64,000 bases of DNA, taken from sequence record PV730300.1; one strand, written 5' to 3'. Shown in pieces: positions 38,215 through 48,190 of this stretch (position 1 is its first letter; the number at the start of each line of letters is the position of its first letter). Below the pieces are notes generated by a model. That model did not search any database and had not been told where the DNA came from. It saw only the letters and a program-made list of their open reading frames with translations. Origin of the DNA: a phage. The translations under genes were made by a program, and so were the position numbers.

Positions 38215-38820
38215 TTAAGCCCACCATGCGTCTAAGTTAAGATTACTGTCCACTACCACTTGTTCTATGTGGTAGCCTTTTATCTGTATCCCACTGTTCA
38301 AGAGCATATCATACGCTTCATTGAAACGCAACTTATCTTCTGCGGAATATAAGCGAGCATTATAAAATCGGTAATCAATTTCTTCAGCATTAGAAGAAAT
38401 ACGGAAGAAGTTTGTTTCTACTTCGGGGTCACTTGCTGAAGTCTTAATGTGAACTTCTCCGTAATTTTCTTTACTTAGATCCATGAAAAGAACACAGGCA
38501 ACATGTTTAAACATTCGTTCCAGTTTGTAACGAACAACATTGAAACCTGCATTCTCAAGTTTTTCTACACACTGCAACATTAAAGTAGTGTCGAGATCGC
38601 TTTGATACTTTGTTAACATACGATCACGTTGAGACTTTGTATCCCGATGTAAATCAATTGTTGTGCATTTGGCACCAATAATCTTAGCTGCTTTCATCAA
38701 CTCTTCAGAACTAACGTTAGATAAAGTAAGATGAAAATGGGCTTTCCACACTTTTTTAGCAGGGACACCAAAAGATTTATCCCCACTATTCGGCATGTTG
38801 ACTACTACACTATGTTGCAT
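38215..38820 (-). CDS. hypothetical protein (201 aa)
   Basis: ORF between the HAD-like gene and nrdG operon; no motif recognised. Confidence 0.45.
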   Translation of the reverse strand: MQHSVVVNMPNSGDKSFGVPAKKVWKAHFHLTLSNVSSEELMKAAKIIGAKCTTIDLHRDTKSQRDRMLTKYQSDLDTTLMLQCVEKLENAGFNVVRYKLERMFKHVACVLFMDLSKENYGEVHIKTSASDPEVETNFFRISSNAEEIDYRFYNARLYSAEDKLRFNEAYDMLLNSGIQIKGYHIEQVVVDSNLNLDAWWA

Positions 38821-38835
38821 TACTTATCTCCTCAC

Positions 38836-39027
38836 TTAAAATGGAAGTCTTTGAAGTTCATCTCCTCCGATATCAAGTAATTTAGCAACATCTTGATCAG
38901 AAAGCAACTCTTTTCTTTGTAAAATATCTACAAGGGTTGCAAGAATGTCCTTAACGTCCCGATCACTGTTCTTCAAAAGTTCTCCTGCCGTCCCTACTCT
39001 ATCTCCTACAGCAAAATATGTAACCAT
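38836..39027 (-). CDS. small hypothetical protein (63 aa, start at internal ATG)
   Basis: AGGAGG RBS before internal ATG; longer form would overlap nrdG. Confidence 0.35.
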   Translation of the reverse strand: MVTYFAVGDRVGTAGELLKNSDRDVKDILATLVDILQRKELLSDQDVAKLLDIGGDELQRLPF

Positions 39028-39040
39028 GAAACCTCCTAAG

Positions 39041-39511
39041 TTAATCTGATTGCCAACCACTTGCCGTTTTGGTCCATAATCTTTGATTATCTGACCCTCT
39101 GAAAGGTTTTGTAGTTGGATTGTTTATTTCATACTTTCCGTCTACAATAATGTCAACAAGATTTTTAATATACAAAGGCACTTCCTCAAAAGTATATCCT
39201 GTATACACCATTATATCTTTGCTTGACCCATAAACATCTCTAACCTTTTCTATAAGGTTTTTAACATTGTAAATATTCTGCGGATCTAATGGCTCTCCTC
39301 CTAAAATTGTTAAACCTTTTACAAACGGTCTTGACAAATCTTTTAAAACTTGCTCTACATTTTCGTGAGTAAACGGTTTCCCATAAGAATAAGACCAGGC
39401 TTTTTGGTTAAAACAGCCACGACAACCGTGGCTACAACCACTAACCCAGAGGGAGCACCTAACTCCCTCACCATTAATAAGATCTACAGGTTCGTATCCT
39501 GCAAAATTCAA
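39041..39511 (-). CDS. nrdG: anaerobic ribonucleotide reductase activating protein (radical SAM)
   Basis: CSLWVSGCSHGCRGC (CxxxCxxC-type cluster) near N-terminus; size and position next to nrdD. Confidence 0.85.
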   Translation of the reverse strand: MNFAGYEPVDLINGEGVRCSLWVSGCSHGCRGCFNQKAWSYSYGKPFTHENVEQVLKDLSRPFVKGLTILGGEPLDPQNIYNVKNLIEKVRDVYGSSKDIMVYTGYTFEEVPLYIKNLVDIIVDGKYEINNPTTKPFRGSDNQRLWTKTASGWQSD

Positions 39512-41334
39512 AAATGTTTCTCCCTTTGCAAAACTTCCTGCATTTTACCTTTGTTATAAGGCCGTGAATTAGGGGCAGAAAGATACCCTGATACACGTCT
39601 AACTACAGAAATAGTTTCTTCTTCATGGTTGCCACAATCAGGACACTCAAACCCTTTAGCCGTTGCCTTAAATTCCCCATGAAAACCACACTTAAAGCAT
39701 TGATCCACGGGCTGATTAATACCAAAATAGTGAATATGTTCATAAGCGTAGTCTACTAAAGTCTCCAAAGCTTCTAAGTTATTCTTTAAGTTTGGTGTTT
39801 CGACATAACTTATGTTACCACCATTACTAATCTGTGCAAAACCTGCTTCATAATCCCATTTTTCAAAAGGATTTGTTACCAACCATACAGGTTGATGAAA
39901 AGAGTTAGTAAGATAGTCTCTTTCTACCAAACCTGGGTATTTTTCATTTAAAGCTGTTGCAAACTTATAGCACAAAGATTCTGCTGGAGTTCCATAGAGA
40001 CTAAACGCCAAATTAGATCGTTCTTTAAACACAGCACACACATCTTTCATATGTTGCAGAATGTTTTTACCAAGTTCCTTTTTATCTTTTTCTTCTGGAT
40101 AAAGGATTTCCAAAGCTTCGGCAAGACCTACATAACCAATACTAATAGAAGCATAACCACCTTCAAACAAAACACCAATTTCATCGTTGGCATTTAAACG
40201 CGCTAAAGCCCCTTCCATGAAAAGAATAGGGTTTTCAGATGCTTTGGTATGTCTGATACGGTTTACACGTAGCATGTGAGCATCGTAGGCTATCTCCATA
40301 TGTTTATTAAGAAGATCGGTGAAAGATTCTCCTTTACTTCTCGCTTCCGCAGCGATCAGAGGTAAGTTGATAGAAACTACTCCAAGGTTGAATCGTCCAT
40401 CGTATTTTTCTCCTTGTTCGGTGGCATAGTGAGAAAGGAAGCTTCTGCAACCCATGCTTGTAACCTTGCCATCTGAAGATCCTGTGACTTCCATGTTCAG
40501 TGGAACAGAGATGAAATCAGGGTAAATCCTTTCTGCACAACATTCCATTGCCAGTTGCTTGAGATCGTAATTCGGGTCACCCGGTTTCATATTCACCCCG
40601 TCTTTCAGGAAGAACACGACTTTCGGGAATACTGGGGTCACGCGATCCTTCCCAAGACCTCCTGTATGAACCTTTAAATAGTTCTTAGTGATCATTCGTC
40701 CAAAAACAGAGGTGTCCAAGCCGAGGCTGATAGTGATGAATGGTGATTGACCATTCACACTCATCAAGGTATTAACTTGATACAGAAGTGTTTGCATTGC
40801 GTCATAAACAAGACTGTCCACCACTTCCATCGCCCTTTTCTCTAAGTCCTCTGTATTAGGACCACGATAATTTTTGCTGAGATTATTAAAGATTTTGTTG
40901 TAGCTTTTTTCTACGTATTGTTTTAATCCCTCGTCAATATGCGCACAAGTCTGTCCACCATACTGGCTCGATGCTACAGCTTGGATGATTTGAGTTAGCA
41001 CTGTGGTAGCTACTCCAATAGATTTTGGTTTTTCTATCTGTGCAGCACCGATCTTAAAACCATTTTCTAACATATCTTGGTAATTAACAAGACAACAGTT
41101 TGTAAGAGGAGAGAGCAGATAATCCAAGTCGTGAATATGTCCAAAACCTTCTGTATGCCATTCTGACAAGTTTTTTGGCAGTATCTGTGTCATTGCCATA
41201 TGTTTGCTTAAAATCCCCGCCAAGAGATCCCTGTGTGTGTTAACGAGGTGGGAAGGTTTGTTTGCATTCTCTCTAGTGTATGTTTCTGAAGTGCGATCTA
41301 AAAAAGAAAAAACATCTTGGTACAAATCTTTCAT
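39508..41334 (-). CDS. nrdD: anaerobic ribonucleoside-triphosphate reductase (class III)
   Basis: C-terminal zinc ribbon (CFKCGFHGEF...CPDCGNHEEE) followed by the glycyl-radical motif RRVSGYL. Confidence 0.85.
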   Translation of the reverse strand: MKDLYQDVFSFLDRTSETYTRENANKPSHLVNTHRDLLAGILSKHMAMTQILPKNLSEWHTEGFGHIHDLDYLLSPLTNCCLVNYQDMLENGFKIGAAQIEKPKSIGVATTVLTQIIQAVASSQYGGQTCAHIDEGLKQYVEKSYNKIFNNLSKNYRGPNTEDLEKRAMEVVDSLVYDAMQTLLYQVNTLMSVNGQSPFITISLGLDTSVFGRMITKNYLKVHTGGLGKDRVTPVFPKVVFFLKDGVNMKPGDPNYDLKQLAMECCAERIYPDFISVPLNMEVTGSSDGKVTSMGCRSFLSHYATEQGEKYDGRFNLGVVSINLPLIAAEARSKGESFTDLLNKHMEIAYDAHMLRVNRIRHTKASENPILFMEGALARLNANDEIGVLFEGGYASISIGYVGLAEALEILYPEEKDKKELGKNILQHMKDVCAVFKERSNLAFSLYGTPAESLCYKFATALNEKYPGLVERDYLTNSFHQPVWLVTNPFEKWDYEAGFAQISNGGNISYVETPNLKNNLEALETLVDYAYEHIHYFGINQPVDQCFKCGFHGEFKATAKGFECPDCGNHEEETISVVRRVSGYLSAPNSRPYNKGKMQEVLQREKHF

Positions 41335-41434
41335 TATTAATCCTTATTTTGTGAGTAGAACTATTATTCTACCTCTTCCAACCGAAAAAAGCTTTGAGGA
41401 AAATCAAAAAAGGCGCAAAGTGCGCCTTTAAGTT

Positions 41435-42784
41435 TTATCGTTTGGAGAGGAATTGTCTTCCCATGATCTTACCGTTCTTTACAGCGGTCCCATCGTGTCC
41501 ATTATAATCCCAAGTTCCATCAATGTTACGCAAGAAGCTATCACGAACAGTGTAGGCTTTACCGTTCTCTACTTTACTTTCTTCAACAATGATTGCCATA
41601 ACAAGCTTATTTTCAATTTCGGTAGTAACCGATTCTTTAATACCCTCTGTAACTTCACGATCATATTGGATATAAACTCGCTCCTCGGTCACTTGCACGT
41701 CTACCACATTTTTAAATGTGTATGTCTGCTGTGTAGTGTAAAGGACACGAACAACACTCTTCTTACCTACTGGCGGCTTCTTACGAGGCTTACGGTAACG
41801 TGGAGACGGGTTAAGTTTAATATAGCCTACAATGTCTGATCCATCTCCAGAGTGGCTCCAATAAAGTGTCTCTGCCAACAAACCTTTTCCTTGGTCCCCA
41901 TTTCGAAAAAGAACATCAACAGGACCATCACAAGGGCGTTTACCTCCGATGTGGGCTTGGTATTTTGCTGTTCTTGGGAGAACAAAATATTCTTCAATCT
42001 GCCATTCACTATCGTATTTCTCCCATTCAAAGTGGTTGGCTTTGCATACTTCTAAAACACCATTTTTGTAACGGACTTGAACAAAGTCCTCACAAGGTTG
42101 AATACCTGTATTAGGAATATAGGTAGGCTCTGTGTCTTCTGGTTCAAAAGTCTTTTTTTGTTGTTCCACATCTTCCACTTTTCTTACATGCTTAGTATAA
42201 AACATATCTTTAAACTCCTGTGCTTCAACCTCAACTGCAAATTCATGTTCTCTGACCGCCGGAGGCACAAGACTTCCACACTCAAGATGTAGAGCATCCA
42301 GACCTGCCATTTTATCGTAAAAGATAACTTTTCGATACTTCTTACCGTCTTCTGGAATAGCAGGGTCTACTCGTTTAAGACGGGAAGCATCGCTTTTAGT
42401 CCAAAAACTCTTCCCTGTTGTATTATTGAAAGTAGTAATCATTTCTCCAATTTCTTCTTCAGAAAGGTTACTAGTGTCTGTGTAAACATCTTCAATTTTT
42501 AGCATTTTAGTTTTCTTAAAAATTAAATCTAGCATTGCATCTCCTGTAAAACGTAGTTCATTATCTCCTACTGTCGGCTCTCCATTAAATTCATCGGTCC
42601 CGACTGTGTGACAGATGTATGGAAAATTTGTGCAACCGTGTAAAAGAGCATATTGTCCTGTAAGTTTAGGATCTGTCTCTTTAGTCCAACCATATGCAAT
42701 CTCAATAGCTTTGCAAAGCCTATCGAACAAGCCCCGATTGTTTGCCGCTGTTACCAAATCTTGCTTATGTGCATATACATTCAT
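41435..42784 (-). CDS. hypothetical protein (449 aa)
   Basis: Large ORF; no motif recognised by eye. Confidence 0.5.
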   Translation of the reverse strand: MNVYAHKQDLVTAANNRGLFDRLCKAIEIAYGWTKETDPKLTGQYALLHGCTNFPYICHTVGTDEFNGEPTVGDNELRFTGDAMLDLIFKKTKMLKIEDVYTDTSNLSEEEIGEMITTFNNTTGKSFWTKSDASRLKRVDPAIPEDGKKYRKVIFYDKMAGLDALHLECGSLVPPAVREHEFAVEVEAQEFKDMFYTKHVRKVEDVEQQKKTFEPEDTEPTYIPNTGIQPCEDFVQVRYKNGVLEVCKANHFEWEKYDSEWQIEEYFVLPRTAKYQAHIGGKRPCDGPVDVLFRNGDQGKGLLAETLYWSHSGDGSDIVGYIKLNPSPRYRKPRKKPPVGKKSVVRVLYTTQQTYTFKNVVDVQVTEERVYIQYDREVTEGIKESVTTEIENKLVMAIIVEESKVENGKAYTVRDSFLRNIDGTWDYNGHDGTAVKNGKIMGRQFLSKR

Positions 42785-43335
42785 AATAACCCTCCTCGTT
42801 TTATTGCAATAGATGCCCTAGGCTCTGCGATACCAGTGGCGTATAAATATGGATGACCTTGTGGAGAAGTTCTCATCCCAAACGAACCTAATTCTAACCC
42901 ATACATATCTTCCACGTCAAGACCAATATCTGTCTCTATGATTTGAGTTTGAACTTTGTAATACGTCCAAAAGAAATAGCGCATAGTTTCGGCATATTCT
43001 TTGACGGACGCTCCTGGATAAAACTCAATAATTTCCAACTTTAAGAAAATGTTAAAATGAGCATCATCCAATTCTTCTTCTGTTCGGTAGCAAGGTGTTA
43101 GAGCCATATAAGGATGATCTGTTGAAAATTCAAACCCATCTTTCTCCATCTGGAGGAAAGACTGCTCTGCACTGGCTACGTAGAACTTACCATTAGGATG
43201 CCCCAAGGGGCGATCCTCTTTACCTTCTGGTAATGTATATGCAAGGATATCCGCATCTACAAGATAAGGGACTTCCAACATCTCCGCAAATCGCCCGTAG
43301 TAATCAATAGCTTGAGCAATAACAGCTACGTTCAT
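42781..43335 (-). CDS. hypothetical protein (184 aa)
   Basis: ORF coupled to neighbours. Confidence 0.45.
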   Translation of the reverse strand: MNVAVIAQAIDYYGRFAEMLEVPYLVDADILAYTLPEGKEDRPLGHPNGKFYVASAEQSFLQMEKDGFEFSTDHPYMALTPCYRTEEELDDAHFNIFLKLEIIEFYPGASVKEYAETMRYFFWTYYKVQTQIIETDIGLDVEDMYGLELGSFGMRTSPQGHPYLYATGIAEPRASIAIKRGGLL

Positions 43336-43583
43336 GATCTTCCTCCTGTGCGGAAAGCGCGTTTAGTAATGTTGGACATAATGATTAAATCTTGTAAAGT
43401 CATATCTGGGAACTGTTGTTCTAAAACTCCCTCAACAGCACCTATAATATCTGACAATTCAACAAGTTGCATTATTTTGCAATCCTGCGCAACAGCATCA
43501 AAAAGTTCTTCTACTTCCTCTTTAATCTTTTCTATGCTGCCGTAAGGTTGTTTCTTAATGTCTGTTATGTGATACCCTGCCAT
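43332..43583 (-). CDS. MazG-like nucleotide pyrophosphohydrolase candidate (83 aa)
   Basis: Small helical protein with clustered acidic residues (EKIKEEVEEL...ELSDIIGAVEGVLE) as in MazG-type dimeric NTP-PPases. Confidence 0.35.
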   Translation of the reverse strand: MAGYHITDIKKQPYGSIEKIKEEVEELFDAVAQDCKIMQLVELSDIIGAVEGVLEQQFPDMTLQDLIIMSNITKRAFRTGGRS

Positions 43584-45176
43584 TTAACGATCCTCTCTGA
43601 TTTGATTAATCTTACGAGCAAGGGCAGCTATAAGCTTATCTTCTTCAGATACAGGAGCCGTGCTCTTACCTAAACGATGCATGTCTAAAATCTCTTGAAC
43701 AGTCCGGTTCCATTGCAGACATTTAATACAACGTGTATGTGCAACATACAGAAGATTTCGTTCTGATTCTTCAAGACCTACCCACTCACCCTTCTTATCA
43801 TAATTAGAAGGGAAGTCATTTGCAACAATAACCTGATCCCATTCCAAACCTTTTGATTTGTGGGCTGTAGTTAAAGTAACTTTAGCCGTTGGAGAGTTAC
43901 GGTGCATACGTAAAGTGTATGCAATATTATTAGCTTTACCAGAAACAACAATGTTTAAAAGTCGTTTTGCATCAGGATCTGATTCTGCACACTCTACAAA
44001 TTCTTCCCAAGAAGTGTAAGGGAGAACTGTCTCATGCTTAACTTTGTCCAAATCACCTCTACGTAAAGCATTAACACTATCAACCATAGAAATGAAATCT
44101 TTGGTATCTACGTTAATAATAATCTCTTCTCCGTTAGCGATTCGGTCCATAGCTTCGAGCAACAGAGTCAAATTCTTACGGAAAATAATGGTGTAAGGTT
44201 TACTATAATCTACCACATCAGAATGAAAACTTCCAGTGACAGTATCATAACCTTTGCCTACCAGCGGATGCTTCAGAGGTGAGCGATCAGAAAGGATCGC
44301 ATTAGCAATGTCCGCAACTTTAGGACCAAAGCGAAAACAAGCTGTCAGAGGCAACTCAACCCCATATGTAGCCGTTTGCTTCATCATGTTCTGGCTTCCA
44401 CGGAACTGATAAATACTCTGAAACTCATCACCCACAACAACAATACGTTTAGCCGATTTAGCATTGCGAAGGATAGACAGGAATGCAGGGTTAACATCCT
44501 GGAATTCATCTCCAAAAATAATATCGTATCCTAAATCTTCTTTACTCAATTCAAAGAGTTTCACATAGGTGTCATGAGTCATAATGGTTTCTGATTTAGG
44601 ATCAATACGCTCCCGCCAAAGTTGCTTCGCATATTTAACAACTTCGTTAATAAGTTTTTGTTCGTTGATGTTCTTACGTTTAAGATCTGACATATGCACT
44701 TTAGGAAAATGTTTATGTCCAATATGTTCATCGTCAGAAAACTCGTATTTAGCTAAAGTTTGTTTTACCATTAACCCGATCATTGCACGAGTCAGTAGCA
44801 CTTTACCATTCTTATCGATCAAGTTCTGAATCTTGAATTTTTTAGCAATCTCACTACCAGTTCCAGCTACGTTAACATATTGACCTTCTGGACGAGACAA
44901 TTTGTGTCGAAGGTTTTGTGGAAGACGCTGGTAGCAGATAGAATGTAGCGTTCGGCACATAACATTAGGCGGCATTTTACGTCGAGCTTCCTCTGCCATA
45001 CTTTTGTTAAACGCCAAGTATAGAATACTATCATTTGTGCCATTAGCCAACATATACAGTGTTGACGTTTTACCTGATCCAGATTTAGCTTGAATTGTAA
45101 CGAAACGATTTTCTTTATACCCGCTTTCAATAGCGTATTGTTCCTCGGTAGGTGTAAAACTCAATTGTGTAGACAC
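43584..45176 (-). CDS. superfamily-1 DNA helicase, UvrD/Dda-like (530 aa)
   Basis: Walker A AKSGSGKTS; GDEFQD; VVVGDEFQSIY; C-terminal TTAHKSKGLEWDQV and YVAHTRC motifs. Confidence 0.8.
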   Translation of the reverse strand: MSTQLSFTPTEEQYAIESGYKENRFVTIQAKSGSGKTSTLYMLANGTNDSILYLAFNKSMAEEARRKMPPNVMCRTLHSICYQRLPQNLRHKLSRPEGQYVNVAGTGSEIAKKFKIQNLIDKNGKVLLTRAMIGLMVKQTLAKYEFSDDEHIGHKHFPKVHMSDLKRKNINEQKLINEVVKYAKQLWRERIDPKSETIMTHDTYVKLFELSKEDLGYDIIFGDEFQDVNPAFLSILRNAKSAKRIVVVGDEFQSIYQFRGSQNMMKQTATYGVELPLTACFRFGPKVADIANAILSDRSPLKHPLVGKGYDTVTGSFHSDVVDYSKPYTIIFRKNLTLLLEAMDRIANGEEIIINVDTKDFISMVDSVNALRRGDLDKVKHETVLPYTSWEEFVECAESDPDAKRLLNIVVSGKANNIAYTLRMHRNSPTAKVTLTTAHKSKGLEWDQVIVANDFPSNYDKKGEWVGLEESERNLLYVAHTRCIKCLQWNRTVQEILDMHRLGKSTAPVSEEDKLIAALARKINQIREDR

Positions 45177-45190
45177 GTATTTCTCCTCTC

Positions 45191-45706
45191 TTAATAAAAA
45201 CTCTTGACAATCCTCATCATTTCCTTAGCTCTGTTGGCATAAGGTTCTTTTAGATTAGGTGGCAAATGTGCATTAATGTACCCCATTTGTTTTTCCCATG
45301 TCCACTTATCTTTAAATCTTGGCATGGTGTCTCCTGCTAAACTGTTTTCTTTTCGTGTTTGAATAATCCAATTACATGGAAAATGCACACCACCTTTACG
45401 GAAGGGAATATAATGTCCCAATGTGAATGCCTTATTGTTCTTTAAACGTCCAGCTAAATTAAGATTAACAATAAGACTACGAAACACGTAGTATTGATAA
45501 AGATTGTCAACAGTATATACAGAGTAGTATGCTCTAAGTGCATTATCTCGACTAAGATTACCAACATCCAAACTGCACCAGTTTAAATTACTTGGATCGT
45601 AGTTGTGATTATCAATCCATTCTTCTCTTTCCTCAAATTCTGCATTAACAGCGGATTGCCCTGCCGTAGATACAAAAAGAGAATTTGCATCAAAGAACAT
45701 ACTCAC
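45191..45706 (-). CDS. hypothetical protein (171 aa)
   Basis: ORF in block. Confidence 0.45.
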   Translation of the reverse strand: MSMFFDANSLFVSTAGQSAVNAEFEEREEWIDNHNYDPSNLNWCSLDVGNLSRDNALRAYYSVYTVDNLYQYYVFRSLIVNLNLAGRLKNNKAFTLGHYIPFRKGGVHFPCNWIIQTRKENSLAGDTMPRFKDKWTWEKQMGYINAHLPPNLKEPYANRAKEMMRIVKSFY

Positions 45707-45714
45707 TCCCCCTT

Positions 45715-46068
45715 TTAGTTTACATCGTTTAGAGCATTACCAATTTTTAAGATAATAACATCGTTAAGAGCTTCTTCTCCATTAAGGCCAGAGAAAGCAG
45801 GAGTAACGAAAGTTACCATATAATAATGGTCTTCTTGTAGGATTGCGATAACGCCGTCTAGTTTAACATCTCCTGTGAAACGAAAAACTTTCAACTTTTG
45901 TTCTAAAGGAAGATCTCCTTCAACATTTAAAACCATATCTCCGACACCAAACTTTTCTGCCCCGATGTAGATGTAAGCTTGGTCCTCTTTTTTATGGTAA
46001 TACAATGTTGCTTGTTTGTCTTGTAGTGTTGTGATACCAAACACATCTACATCAATAATATTTTTCAA
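45715..46068 (-). CDS. hypothetical protein (TTG start chosen)
   Basis: GGAGGAGAA then TTG overlapping the upstream stop; longer track ORF would overlap the upstream gene by 60 nt. Confidence 0.4.
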   Translation of the reverse strand: MKNIIDVDVFGITTLQDKQATLYYHKKEDQAYIYIGAEKFGVGDMVLNVEGDLPLEQKLKVFRFTGDVKLDGVIAILQEDHYYMVTFVTPAFSGLNGEEALNDVIILKIGNALNDVN

Positions 46069-46433
46069 AAATTCTCCTCCCAAATCCAATAATTGTCTAC
46101 ATAAGTAGGATGCCTTTTGTCCCACTCTTTTCTAGCCCAGGCCACGGCTGCTACCAATACATCTCCATGACAAGGTTGAGGTGAGCAGTAGCAAACTAAA
46201 TCTTTCCCTTCTAACTCTAATAAATCTTCAAGAGTGATCTTACCACAACGAATTTGCTCCCACAACCACTCTTTATACCTTTGTATGGTTGATCCTCGTG
46301 GTTCATCATCTTTTAACTTAAAAGGATTTGCAAACTTAGAGGCTTTTAGTCCCATATGTGGCATTGCTCTACCAATATAAACAGCACCCTCTGGGATTGT
46401 TTTGCCTAAATGGTAAAAGTTTAATACCTTCAT
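46065..46433 (-). CDS. conserved-looking hypothetical protein with cysteine/histidine cluster (122 aa)
   Basis: GRAMPHMGLKASKFANPF...LVCYCSPQPCHGDVL motif block; family not identified. Confidence 0.45.
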   Translation of the reverse strand: MKVLNFYHLGKTIPEGAVYIGRAMPHMGLKASKFANPFKLKDDEPRGSTIQRYKEWLWEQIRCGKITLEDLLELEGKDLVCYCSPQPCHGDVLVAAVAWARKEWDKRHPTYVDNYWIWEENF

Positions 46434-46434
46434 A

Positions 46435-46797
46435 TTAACCTAAACACATACGTGCGATCAGACCTTGGATGAGTTTATCTGCTTCTTCACGATCATAGTC
46501 GGTATCTTCTATACCACCATCTTCGTCACGATAAACTTTACCTTCCAGGTACCCAGCATCGATCAAACCAATAATCAAATCAAACTGCCAGCAAGAGTTA
46601 CCGAAAGGGCGTTTTCCACTGAAACTGTCTTCTTCTTCCCAAAGTGTAGAGAGCAGTCGTCTGAAATATTCACGCACAGTAACAGTGCCAAGATCATCGT
46701 CTTCAAAAACAACATCTAAAGCATCTGGTTCAGCTTTCTCTACAACAGGCACATAACGTTGACCATTAATAACAACATCTACGATTGTTTCTCTCAT
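46435..46797 (-). CDS. hypothetical protein (120 aa)
   Basis: ORF in block. Confidence 0.45.
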   Translation of the reverse strand: MRETIVDVVINGQRYVPVVEKAEPDALDVVFEDDDLGTVTVREYFRRLLSTLWEEEDSFSGKRPFGNSCWQFDLIIGLIDAGYLEGKVYRDEDGGIEDTDYDREEADKLIQGLIARMCLG

Positions 46798-47156
46798 TTT
46801 TCCTCCTTTTTGTATTCAATGAACATATCTGCATAGTAAGCTTTACGTTCTTCAAATTTAGCAGGGTTTACCACAATGAACAACACCTTTCTGTTGTCTT
46901 GTGGTTCTTTGACTGTAATATATAAATCTTTTGTGCAATAGAAACCTGTGGCTTTGTAAGCGTCACCCCAATTATCCACTCCACGATCTATACGATCAAA
47001 CTTACAGTTATACTTTTTATCATCCACCTGGTAGACAGCTTCACCACCATACCAAGTGAAGAATTGGCTACCTTCCACCCCAATCTTGAAACCATCACGG
47101 GCGGCTGTAGCATTGGTGGCAATCATCAACATCAGGACACAAAGTAGCCTTTTCAT
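46794..47156 (-). CDS. secreted protein (120 aa)
   Basis: N-terminal signal peptide MKRLLCVLMLMIATNATAA. Confidence 0.5.
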   Translation of the reverse strand: MKRLLCVLMLMIATNATAARDGFKIGVEGSQFFTWYGGEAVYQVDDKKYNCKFDRIDRGVDNWGDAYKATGFYCTKDLYITVKEPQDNRKVLFIVVNPAKFEERKAYYADMFIEYKKEEK

Positions 47157-47462
47157 TTAGAATTCCTCTTCAGTCTTCTGTCGGTTTTTGAAGAATACTA
47201 CGTCATATACCTCTCCGTAACCATCATTTACACAAAACATAATAAAACGATCATCTTCTGCTGTTGGTGCACGATGTTCAAGTTCAAAACTTTCAATAAA
47301 ACCGCGTGAATTTACGTAGTAGATTTCATCCTCACCAGAGAACATCCAATCCCTGTCTATCAGATAGAAAGCTAAACTCACAGGCGACAACTCATCCTTC
47401 ACAGAATCATTGTACAGCATGTGGGCTGCAACTGCCAAGCTTAAAGTCGGATTATACAACAT
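47157..47462 (-). CDS. hypothetical protein, tandem paralog A (101 aa)
   Basis: Alignable with 47462-47770 (shared DEIY...FIM-FCVN-G-GE...VVF-K pattern). Confidence 0.5.
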   Translation of the reverse strand: MLYNPTLSLAVAAHMLYNDSVKDELSPVSLAFYLIDRDWMFSGEDEIYYVNSRGFIESFELEHRAPTAEDDRFIMFCVNDGYGEVYDVVFFKNRQKTEEEF

Positions 47463-47770
47463 TACACCTCCTCGTCAGACTCATCTGCTTTAGAGAATAC
47501 AACATTAAACGTTTCACCGCAACCATTATTTACGAAATACATGATAAAGTTTTCATCTTCGTCTACAGGGCCACGGTATTCCAGTTCGTAGCTATACAGA
47601 GAACTATCGCTTGTGGCTCCCTGCGGATACCAGAAATAGATCTCATCGAAAGATTTAACCCACTTCAAACCTGTACGATCCTCAAACACTAATGAGGAAG
47701 GATTGTCAGCATCTTTGACAGCTTCTTCATAATCCTGGTGGAACTTGACTGCTGTTGATAATGTGCTCAT
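47462..47770 (-). CDS. hypothetical protein, tandem paralog B (start at internal ATG)
   Basis: GGAGG RBS before internal ATG gives 102 aa matching its paralog; track start is a GTG 13 codons upstream. Confidence 0.5.
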   Translation of the reverse strand: MSTLSTAVKFHQDYEEAVKDADNPSSLVFEDRTGLKWVKSFDEIYFWYPQGATSDSSLYSYELEYRGPVDEDENFIMYFVNNGCGETFNVVFSKADESDEEV

Positions 47771-47943
47771 TATGCCTCCTCGTAATGTTTGCAAACAACG
47801 TGTCTCCACGTCTTCTTATAATGTTCTCGCTTCGTCATAGCTTCTTGATAAGAGGGAATACGCTGTAACAGAAGTCTCCATTCGCAGTCTACGCCCATAC
47901 GTCCGTACAAAGCATAACGAACATTGTTTTTCTTGTCTTGCAT
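47770..47943 (-). CDS. small basic protein (57 aa), not in ORF track
   Basis: GGAGGG RBS; stop overlaps the next ATG (TAATG). Confidence 0.35.
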   Translation of the reverse strand: MQDKKNNVRYALYGRMGVDCEWRLLLQRIPSYQEAMTKREHYKKTWRHVVCKHYEEA

Positions 47944-47962
47944 ACTCCCTCCGATCAGTTAA

Positions 47963-48160
47963 TTAAACTTTTTCCCAAGTACCAAAAGCACAGGAAGGGT
48001 AGATTCCAACTTGAGGGTTTCCGTTATCATCTTTGAAAGTAAAACTGTTGTTGTCTTTATCAAGAACTGTAGAATAAATCTTACCAACAGTAACGCAGTT
48101 GGAAGCTTGACCCAGTTCAGTGAGAGTAAGACATTTCATTTTCTGTTTCTTTGTAGCCAT
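47963..48160 (-). CDS. hypothetical protein (65 aa)
   Basis: AAGGAG RBS; own promoter upstream. Confidence 0.45.
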   Translation of the reverse strand: MATKKQKMKCLTLTELGQASNCVTVGKIYSTVLDKDNNSFTFKDDNGNPQVGIYPSCAFGTWEKV

Positions 48161-48190
48161 TTATAAAATCTCCTTAGTAAGTGAATCTTT

